DNA of 64,000 nucleotides from Mariniblastus sp. (GTDB lineage: Bacteria; Planctomycetota; Planctomycetia; Pirellulales; Pirellulaceae), in contig CBDDAC010000029.1 of NCBI GenBank assembly GCA_965224765.1, positions 488,039 through 552,038 of the forward strand, in the 5' to 3' direction. Shown here in pieces: positions 19,924-28,500 of this stretch. The position numbers and the translations under genes are program-made. The notes beneath the pieces are model-generated. The model did not search any database and was not told the DNA's origin. It saw only the letters and a program-made list of their open reading frames with translations. Numbering within the stretch: position 1 is the stretch's first letter; each line of letters begins with the position of its first letter.

Positions 19924-20068
19924 GTTTGCCTTTTTGGGATAAATGCCAAGGCGATCATTATCGGTGAAGCGCGAAACAAATCAAGAATTTCCGCCGCATT
20001 CGGTCGGCTTTTGAAAAAACACCGAGTAATGTTAGGATCGTTAATTATTCGAATCTGGGAGTGTAGAT

Positions 20069-21169
20069 ATGTTCGTACGTTTCGCGGCCGTTATGGTCAT
20101 GGCTCTGTTTGCCTCAATGGCGGTTTCCCAAGACGATCTCAAATTGAGTTGGGACTTGCAGGACTCGGGTTGCACGGCCAGCCTTCGAGGACTGTGTGTA
20201 GTTGATGAGAATGTTGCTTGGGCAAGCGGGACCGGCGGAACGGTATTGAAAACAATCGATGGTGGAGTCACTTGGCAAAACGTCTCGGTTACGGATGCTG
20301 ATGGATTGGACTTTCGTGATGTGCACGCCTTCAACGTCGAAGTTGCTGTGGTTATCAATGCAGGTCAACCGGCAGTTTTCTATCGAACGGATGACGGTGG
20401 AAAAAACTGGAAGCAGGTTTTTCAGCATGACCATGAAGGGGCCTTCTTTGACGCAGTGGCTGCGATCAACTCTGACCATCTAATCGCGATGAGCGACCCT
20501 GTTGATGATCGTATTCTGTTGGTTGAATCCTTGGACATGGGAAAGACTTGGTCGGAATTGCCAGCCGAGCGTCGCCCCGAGAAAGCGGAAGGAGAAGCAG
20601 GGTTCGCTGCCAGTGGTTCCAACATGATTGTCGAGAAGGATACAGGCGATATTTATCTGGCTTTGGGGTCCCATGAAGAAGGCAAAGAGTCACCAAGCAG
20701 TCGAGTGATGGTTTCGCGCGATGGTGCCAGGACATGGAACGCAATTCATGTTCCGATGAGGCGAACTCAATCAAGCGGTATCTTCTCGTTAGCCTGTTTG
20801 CCTGAGGTCGATTTCGGCCAAGACATTGGCAAAAGGTCGGGTGTTCTCGTCGCCGTGGGTGGAAACTACTTGGAACCCGAAGATCAATCCAACAATGTTG
20901 CTCTAGGGCCATTTGGCGAATTGAAAAATATTATGGTCCCAAATCAGAAACCGCGTGGCTATCGAAGTGGAGTGACTCATACGTTCATCAATCAAAAATC
21001 GATTGTGCTTGCAGTCGGCCCTGACGGGTCAGACATCAGTTTCGACAATGGGGTAGCTTGGCAGGCATTCAATGACGAAGGCTTCCACGCAGTCAAATCA
21101 GCTGGCGACGGAGTGGTTTGGGCTAGCGGTGCAGAGGGAAGAATCGCGAGGCTGGTGGTTTCGGATTGA
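20069..21169 (+). CDS. Secreted BNR/Asp-box repeat beta-propeller protein (Ycf48/sortilin-like)
   Basis: Signal peptide plus repeated S/T-x-D-x-G-x-T-W motifs (TIDGGVTWQNV, TDDGGKNWKQV, SLDMGKTWSEL, SRDGARTWNAI, FDNGVAWQAF). Confidence 0.6.
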   Translation: MFVRFAAVMVMALFASMAVSQDDLKLSWDLQDSGCTASLRGLCVVDENVAWASGTGGTVLKTIDGGVTWQNVSVTDADGLDFRDVHAFNVEVAVVINAGQPAVFYRTDDGGKNWKQVFQHDHEGAFFDAVAAINSDHLIAMSDPVDDRILLVESLDMGKTWSELPAERRPEKAEGEAGFAASGSNMIVEKDTGDIYLALGSHEEGKESPSSRVMVSRDGARTWNAIHVPMRRTQSSGIFSLACLPEVDFGQDIGKRSGVLVAVGGNYLEPEDQSNNVALGPFGELKNIMVPNQKPRGYRSGVTHTFINQKSIVLAVGPDGSDISFDNGVAWQAFNDEGFHAVKSAGDGVVWASGAEGRIARLVVSD

Positions 21170-21219
21170 GGTCTTTGGCCAATCCACTATCGCGGCTTTG
21201 GGCGCGGCGATAAACTACT

Positions 21220-22197
21220 TTGATGAACATCGAACACCCTCAGCAAGTCGATCACCCTTCAGTGTGGTCTGGCGACGAACTTCTTGAACGCGACGACTGG
21301 AAATATCAGTTGCTACCCAAAGAGCAGCAGGAAATTGCGCGGCATGGAAGACTTGCCGAGTCGTTTGTCGAGCGACTCAAATTCGTCCAAAATGCTCTTG
21401 AACACGGGAGCGGCGTTAGCCTGATCCGAGGCATTCCCTTACAGTCGTTTTCACCGGAGGGGCTAGTCACTTTCTTCCAGTCTGTTGCGAACCATGTTGG
21501 CACTCCCATTTCGCAAAGTATCACAGGTGAAACGATTTTCAGCGTTCGCAATTCTGGTTTTGCAGAAGACGACCCTCGCGCTCGAGGTCCCAATACAAAA
21601 AAGAAACTTAGCTTTCATACCGACCGGTGTGACGTCATTGGATTTTTGTGTGTGAAACAAGCCAGGCAGGGTGGCGAGAATCAGGTCGTCAGCAGCATGG
21701 CCATTTACAACGAGATTCAACGGCAACGACCTGATCTCATGGAAGTATTGCTGAAGCCCTTTCTGTACAAACGTCACTCGGTCGATACGGCGAATGAGCA
21801 ACCGTATACCGAGCAGCCCATCTTTTCATTTTGCCAAGGGCATTTCGGAGCCAATCTGCTTCGCGTTTTGATCGAGCGCGCCTATGCCTCCGATGATACG
21901 CCCGCGATGGGTGATCTTCAGCGTGAAGCACTCGACTTTGTCGACGAGCAGGCAGCGCGGTCGGATCTTCATGTCACATTTACACAGCAACCTGGCGACA
22001 TCCTTTTCTTGAATAACTGGGTGACGTTGCACCGGCGAACGGCTTTCGAAGATCATGAAGAAGTCGCACAACGCAGGCACTTGCTGCGTGTTTGGTTGAG
22101 CATGTCCAACAGCCGCCCCATCGATCCAATGTTTGCAGGGAACTACGGTGCGACTGGCGCAGGAGAAATCCGTGGCGGAATTCAGGCGGCAACGTAA
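21220..22197 (+). CDS. TauD/TfdA-like Fe(II)/2-oxoglutarate-dependent dioxygenase family protein
   Basis: An HTD (H-x-D) motif in FHTDRCDVIGFLCV, a distal His in VTLHRRTAF, and a clavaminate-synthase-like fold pattern. Confidence 0.5.
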   Translation: MMNIEHPQQVDHPSVWSGDELLERDDWKYQLLPKEQQEIARHGRLAESFVERLKFVQNALEHGSGVSLIRGIPLQSFSPEGLVTFFQSVANHVGTPISQSITGETIFSVRNSGFAEDDPRARGPNTKKKLSFHTDRCDVIGFLCVKQARQGGENQVVSSMAIYNEIQRQRPDLMEVLLKPFLYKRHSVDTANEQPYTEQPIFSFCQGHFGANLLRVLIERAYASDDTPAMGDLQREALDFVDEQAARSDLHVTFTQQPGDILFLNNWVTLHRRTAFEDHEEVAQRRHLLRVWLSMSNSRPIDPMFAGNYGATGAGEIRGGIQAAT

Positions 22198-22250
22198 GTT
22201 CAAATTCGCTACAATTGAGATTCAATTGACTATTCATCAAAAGGTGAAAA

Positions 22251-22742
22251 ATGAACTCACGAGACGCCATCAAAAACACAATCAATACTGCAGATATGGT
22301 CTGTGGCGCTTATCTGGGAGACCTGTCTGACGAAGAGATGATGAAGCGACCTCATCCCGGTTGCAATCACGTCAACTGGCAAATCGGACATCTCGTTGTG
22401 GCTGATAATGAAATGGCCAATGGGTGTTTCCCAGGTACTTTGGCAGTGCTTCCAGAGGGATTTGCGGACAAGTATTCCAAGGAATCTGTCGGCAACGATG
22501 ACCCCAGCGCGTTTTGCAGCAAAGATGAATTGATGGGGCTGTTAAAGATCCAGCGAGAAGCAATCTTTGCCAAACTTGAGCAACTCAACGACGATGACTT
22601 GGACCAGCCAGCCCCAGAAAAAATGCAAGGTTATGCACCAACCGTTGGGGCGGCAATGAACATGATCGGAAGTCATTGGCTCATGCACGCCGGTCAGTGG
22701 GTAGTCCTTCGCCGCGAATTGGGTCGAGATATCGTGATCTAG
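22251..22742 (+). CDS. DinB/YfiT-like four-helix-bundle family protein
   Basis: 163 aa with His-containing helices (NWQIGHLVVADNEM, IGSHWLMHAGQW), typical of the DinB_2 family. Confidence 0.55.
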   Translation: MNSRDAIKNTINTADMVCGAYLGDLSDEEMMKRPHPGCNHVNWQIGHLVVADNEMANGCFPGTLAVLPEGFADKYSKESVGNDDPSAFCSKDELMGLLKIQREAIFAKLEQLNDDDLDQPAPEKMQGYAPTVGAAMNMIGSHWLMHAGQWVVLRRELGRDIVI

Positions 22743-23030
22743 TCCAAGTTGGACTTACCTATAGCGTCACCTCGTCGTTGTTTCCAAGACAAAACGACGA
22801 AAATACCGCCGTGTCTAAACTAAACGCGCTCTAGTGGTTCGACAGAGCTGATTTGACCAGTTTCCGTGGGTGCCATGCTTCACGCTTGCGTGAGCATGCT
22901 CGAGCAAGCGCAAGGCATGGCACCCACCAGCTCAGGTTGGTTGGACCCTAGGTCAAGTTGAACACGCTCTATTTCCGCAGTTCGCTTTTTGGGGCGGTCG
23001 AGGCTCATGCCGAGACATTTGTCCATGCGT
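22741..23030. repeat. Repeat family B copy (arm X plus core), with a family-A-like tail module
   Basis: The arm agtccaagttggacttacctatagcgtcacctcg...ctaaactaaacgcg is followed by the core ctagtggttcgacagagctgatttgaccag. Next comes the near-perfect palindrome ggtgccatgcttcacgcttgcgtgagcatg, then gcggtcgaggctcatgccgagacatttgtcc, which resembles the family A module. Confidence 0.8.
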
Positions 23031-23175
23031 GAATCACTCTCACTAGTAGACCTGGAGAGAGTCGGGCCCGCATTGATTCATTCCTTGTCAAAACGATACC
23101 GACCCACCGGTACGACCCATGGCGTCCACCCGATACAATACTTGGGTTACTGTGTGTTCCGGAATTCGAAAGTCG

Positions 23176-24672
23176 ATGAGTTCAGAATTCGTTTGTCGTT
23201 TTTGCTCTGCGAAGCTCCCCGCTTATGTCGCCAACGACACATGCCCCGAATGTGGCTGCTCGATTGACTTGCCTGGCAACAATCCTCCCGCCGAAACGGC
23301 GTCGGAACAGGCAACCATCCAGCCAGGGAGCCATCCGAAACCTTCTAAGACGGGCAGTACTAATGATTTGGTTGGAAGCGATTTTGGTGACTATCGTTTG
23401 CTTGAAGAAATCGCTCGCGGCGGAATGGGAGTCGTCTTTCGTGCCCAACAAAAGAGCCTTGATCGTTTTGTCGCGTTGAAAATGATTCTGGAAGGCTCAC
23501 TTGCCAGTCAGGTCGAAATTGATCGTTTCAAAATCGAAGCTCAGGCGGCTGCAAATCTCGAACATCCCGGCATCGTCCAAGTATTTGAAATTGGCGAGAT
23601 CGATGGAAGGCATTTCTTCTCGATGGCACTTGTTGAGGGTCAAAGTCTGGCAGACCAAATCAGCAGGGGCCCAATCGAGTCGATCGAGGCAGCGGAATTG
23701 TTGCTTAAGGTCGTCGATGCCATGGACTATGCACACCAGCGAGGCATCGTTCATCGTGACCTCAAACCTGCCAACGTTTTGTTGAATAACCAAGGCGAGC
23801 CGCGTGTAACGGATTTCGGATTGGCCAAGCGACCGGGGCGAGATCGCGAGCTGACGCTAACGGGACAGATGCTTGGCACTCCCAGCTACATGGCACCCGA
23901 ACAGGCAGGCGGCAAGGAAATCACCCCTGCAACAGATATCTACGGATTAGGCGCAATTCTTTATGCGATGCTCACTGGCAAAGCTCCATTCGAAGGCACT
24001 ACCGTCGTTGAAACGTTGACGCAGGTGATCGAGCAAGAGCCGGTTCCTCTTCGCCAGACGATCTCAACGATTCCATTGGATCTCGAGACCATATGTTTGA
24101 AATGTTTGGAAAAGGATCCGGCGGAGCGATTTGAGTCTGCTCAGGTGTTGAGAGAAGAGCTGCAACGTTTTATTGATGGCGAGGAGATCGCATCCAGACC
24201 ACTTAGTGCTCTTGGTAAGGTCATGCGTTGGCGTCGCGTGATCGCTCGAAACAAAGACGTTCGCTTGCAGTCGGCAACCAAAATCATGGGATTCCCTTTG
24301 GTGGATATTGCATTTGGCCGAGACCGAGAAAAGGGCGAGGAGTTCGGTCATGCCAAAGGAGTGATTGCCCTTGGTGATCGAGCAACGGGAATTGTTGCCT
24401 ATGGTGGATTTGCCCGCGGGGTTTTTGCTCTTGGGTTGTATGCGGTAGGGGGCGTGGCCAGTGGACTGTTTGCCGTTGGCGTTGTGACCGCGGGGATGCT
24501 TTCCGTGGGGGTCTTCTCGACGGGTGGAATATCCATTGGGTATACAGCCTTTGGTTTGATCGCGATCGGCTATTGGTCTTTGGGAATGGTGGCGCTGGGA
24601 GCGAAGGCCTTGGGACCGATTAGTTGGAGCTTGGCCAAAACTGCGATGAAAACAATCCGTCGAATCGTTTGA
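23176..24672 (+). CDS. Ser/Thr protein kinase with an N-terminal zinc ribbon and C-terminal glycine-zipper membrane repeats
   Basis: N-terminal CRFC...CPEC. Hanks kinase motifs GDYRLLEEIARGGMGVVFRA, ALK, HRDLKPANVLL, DFGLA and GTPSYMAPE. The C-terminal roughly 100 aa carry seven or more tandem G-x-x-A-x-G-x-x-A/G repeats (GVIALGDRATGIVAYGGFARGVFALGLYAVGGVASGLFAVGVV...). ORF 23119..24672. Confidence 0.8.
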   Translation: MSSEFVCRFCSAKLPAYVANDTCPECGCSIDLPGNNPPAETASEQATIQPGSHPKPSKTGSTNDLVGSDFGDYRLLEEIARGGMGVVFRAQQKSLDRFVALKMILEGSLASQVEIDRFKIEAQAAANLEHPGIVQVFEIGEIDGRHFFSMALVEGQSLADQISRGPIESIEAAELLLKVVDAMDYAHQRGIVHRDLKPANVLLNNQGEPRVTDFGLAKRPGRDRELTLTGQMLGTPSYMAPEQAGGKEITPATDIYGLGAILYAMLTGKAPFEGTTVVETLTQVIEQEPVPLRQTISTIPLDLETICLKCLEKDPAERFESAQVLREELQRFIDGEEIASRPLSALGKVMRWRRVIARNKDVRLQSATKIMGFPLVDIAFGRDREKGEEFGHAKGVIALGDRATGIVAYGGFARGVFALGLYAVGGVASGLFAVGVVTAGMLSVGVFSTGGISIGYTAFGLIAIGYWSLGMVALGAKALGPISWSLAKTAMKTIRRIV

Positions 24673-24722
24673 CTTGTGCAATTTTTGCTCGGTCAAATTA
24701 GGTTTTGCTTGTCAGAAAGTGA

Positions 24723-25487
24723 TTGGTCTATTTGATGTTTGGGTGGTTTAAAAGACGACGTCGACGAAAGATTCTGGCACAGCCTTGGCCGGAATCTTGG
24801 GGATTGCATTTCAATCGAAACGTCCGGCTGAGTTGGAACCTGAATTCGACGGAGGTGAAAAAGCTCCAAAGCTGCACCAAAATATTCGTTGCCGAGAAAC
24901 ACTGGGAAGGATGCGAAGGCCTTGAGCTAACCGAAGAAATGAAAGTCACCATTGCTGGGCAAGCTTGCTTGATGCTCTTGGGTGTCGAGGATTACTACTT
25001 TGACAATGTGAAAACGGTCCTTGTTTATCCACAGATTTTCAGCCGTAGTACAACTGATGGAGTCAGCGCGAATCAGGTTGAACATCGTTCTGGCGAAGCC
25101 TGGCAGGGAGGTCCCATCGTGTTGTCTTGGCGCGACGCACTGATCGGCGGACGAAATTACGATGATGGCAGAAACGTGGTTATCCACGAGTTCGCTCATG
25201 CACTCGACGGGCTGGATGGCGAGATGGGCGGAAATGTAATGTTCGACGATGCAGCGACGACGGCAGATTGGGAGCGTGTTGCCGATCGCGAGTTTTCAAA
25301 TTTGGTATCTGCCAAAGAAGGCGGATATCGAACACTTCTTGATCACTATGGTGCGACCAACCGGGCGGAGTTCTTTGCCGTCTCCACAGAGACCTTCTTT
25401 GAATTGCCGCGAGAACTGGAGCGAGAGCACAATGAATTGTTTCAACTGCTAAGAAAGTACTATCGTGTCGATCCAACCGATTGGTAG
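24723..25487 (+). CDS. MtfA-like zinc-dependent peptidase (peptidase M90 family)
   Basis: A HEFAH zinc-binding motif in a roughly 250-aa protein, with the conserved flanking pattern of MtfA (...VVIHEFAHALD...EFFAV(S/T)...). Confidence 0.65.
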   Translation: MVYLMFGWFKRRRRRKILAQPWPESWGLHFNRNVRLSWNLNSTEVKKLQSCTKIFVAEKHWEGCEGLELTEEMKVTIAGQACLMLLGVEDYYFDNVKTVLVYPQIFSRSTTDGVSANQVEHRSGEAWQGGPIVLSWRDALIGGRNYDDGRNVVIHEFAHALDGLDGEMGGNVMFDDAATTADWERVADREFSNLVSAKEGGYRTLLDHYGATNRAEFFAVSTETFFELPRELEREHNELFQLLRKYYRVDPTDW

Positions 25488-25533
25488 GCGTTTACCGGTG
25501 CCGGTAAAACGTTTGATTGCCTGAACAGCGCGG

Positions 25534-28500
25534 CTAGTGGGTCGCGCCATCATCTTCGGGAGCTTCTTCCTCTTCACTTGCCATCTTATCCATGAGCCGC
25601 TGGTAGTTGGCTTCCGTGGCTTTTGAGGCCCGCACAAAGCTCTCGGCTTGCGGGTTGGTTTCAGCCAGTTTGAGAATGGGCTCCATCCAGGTTTGCAGGA
25701 CGCGGAACTGGTTGCGAAGAACGTTGAGGATCACGTTGGGAACTTTATTGACGACTTCGATCTTATGTTCGCTGAGGTGACGAGGCAATTTGGCAATGGT
25801 TTCACCATGTTGTTCATAGGCGATCTTGATGGATTCTAATGTTCCGTTGAACTTGGCCAACTCTCCGACGACTCGCGAGATCTCTCGTAGTGTCACAGCC
25901 TGGAGGCTCTCCGACTCGTTGTCGTCTTTGGCCAGCATGGTCTTCATGCTTTTGTCCAAGGTAGAACTGATTCCATGCAGGCCATCAGAGAAGGTCGTCA
26001 TCTGGGCAATGATTTGACCCAATTGATCATCTCCCCCCGCGGCTCCGAGTACGAGGTTGCGTTTGTAGGTCCGGCAAATATCTTCCCAACGAGCCGCTTG
26101 TTCTTCATCCATCTGTTGGGTCATTTGACGGAACTTCAGCAGGTTGGCTTCCGCACCAGTGGTCAGTGTTTGTGCCTGATTCTCGTAGTGAGACATGATC
26201 AATATCTGTAATTCAGATTCGTTCATGATTGGAACGATCCGCTCTGCGATTTTGTTCATGTCGCGGTAGGAGCCTTGCATCTTGAATGCGGGCTCAGTCC
26301 GATAGTCGTCGGCCTGCGCGGCAGAATCGATGTATTCGCGATTGACTCGTAGAATCACGTCTCGGACAGTCAGCAGTTTTTGCATCACGCCGACAAACTC
26401 ATTGATCTCTTCGATGGAGTAGTTGCCCTCCAACGATTTGGGCGGAGCGTCTGGATGCTGTGCCATCTCAGCGATGGTATAGATATCTTGTCGACTTCGT
26501 GAATTCAGCTTGGCCAACGTAGAGTTGCTGGTCAGGCAGTTTTCCAGGTAACTCAGTTCAAACGCTTCGAGGCTGTCACCAATCACGTCACCGAGATTGT
26601 AGGTGTCAGCACGGTTGGCGAGCATGTCAGGAATCTGGAATTTCTCGCCGCTTTCCGTGTAGGGGTTACCTGCCATGACCACACAGACTTTGCGACCACG
26701 CAGATCGTAGGTTCGGGTGCGACCCCGGAACACGCCTTCGATACGACGTGTTGCATCACAAAGCGAAATGAACTTTTGCAAAAATTCCGGATTGCAGTGT
26801 TGAATATCGTCGAGGTAGATCATGACATTGTCACCCATTTCCAAGGCAAGGTTGAGTTTCTCAACCTCGTCACGTGCGCTGGCGTTGGGGGCTTCGCTCG
26901 GATCCAGTGACATGACACGATGGCCAATCGCCGGACCATTGATCTTGACGAAGGTAATGCCAAGTCGATTGGCGATGTATTCCATTAACGTTGTCTTGCC
27001 GTATCCGGGAGGGGAGATGAGCAGCAAAAGCCCCATCAAGTCGGTTCGTTTGTTCTCTCCCACGACACCAATTTGTTTTGCCAGGTTTGCACCCACCATC
27101 GGCAGGTAGACATCGTTGATCAGTTTGTTGCGGACAAACGATGTCAGGACACGTGGCTTGAATTCATCCAGTCTCAATTCCTGGCGGCGACTATCGGTCA
27201 GGTCCTTTTTGAGGTGGACGAAATTGTTGTAGCGAGGCACCGTTTCATCTTCGAAAAGGCGCAGTCGGTCCATGAACTGGTTGTAATTCAATTGATAGTT
27301 TTGGGCATCGACCAAGGGGTGGTCGCCAAGCAGGCCACTGACAGTAACCACGGGGTTGGCGTCAATGATTTTTGGTTTGCCCCGAGTGGCGTCGGCGAAA
27401 ATTGAAGCTGCCTCGTCGATGATGTCGTCGCTGATCGTAATCTGCTTGTGAGCGAGATACGAACGGATCCAGTCGTTGGCAATCTGATAGCGATCGACTC
27501 CTGACAGTGTTCTAGATTTCAAACTCTGTACAAGTACCCCTTTTGAGTCTTCACGCTTGAGGTGTTTTTCAAAGTCTGCAACCAAGTGAATGGCTGCGGC
27601 GCTGGCGACAAATGTTCTGGCAATCACAAGTTGATCGTACAGGCATTCGCTTGCAGCGGCCGCGTATCGAGATTCTGAAAACGCCGATTCTTCGATGAAT
27701 TCATTGATCAATAATTCGAGCTGCGAAATGTACTTTTCCCGACCGCTGACTGCGCCGAAGAGCTGTTGTGCTTCTGCCATCCCTTTCAGTTTGGCAGCTA
27801 GATTGTTTTTGATTGGCGCATCGAGTTGATTCCAAAAAACGCTGGCTAGCACACGAGCGGATGCCGAGTATTGGAGCAGGTCAAGTTTCTCGGTGAGTTT
27901 ACAAAGACTGCCCAGTATCAGCGTCGCGTCATGGTCATGAACACCCTTGATATATCCTTCAGAATATCGCGGTGCCATGAACTTCTGGACGTGCCCATTG
28001 AGTTGAATGCTGTCGAACTGAGCGAGATCTTTTAGTGACGGTTCGCTCGTCATTGACTCTTGCAAAAGCAAATAGGCGAGATACTCCGCGCGGTACACCT
28101 CGCGGTTCTCCGAGACGATGGCTTGATCCCAGACATCCCGCGATGTTTCGAACAGCTCGTCTTCAATTTTTTCAAAGTAATTGGTTCCACTCAAATGAAA
28201 CCAGGTGTCGCCTTCTTTGAGAACGGTTGTCAAATCCAGTTGTTGAATGTTGACCGAAAATTTGTGTTCACCAAACTTGATGACATTCTGGCCCTCAACG
28301 TAGAGCTCATTCTTGTCTCGTAGTTGACGAACGGCGTCTTCACGTACGGTCTTGAGACGGCTTTGGATATCATCGACCTTAACCGATTCATCCAGTTCGT
28401 CGAGTTGTTCGACGATATCGCGGACCTTCTCAATCATCAGGTCGGCGGCGAAATAGCTATTGATTTCGTCAACCGTTCCTAAGCCAGCCATACGCGATTG

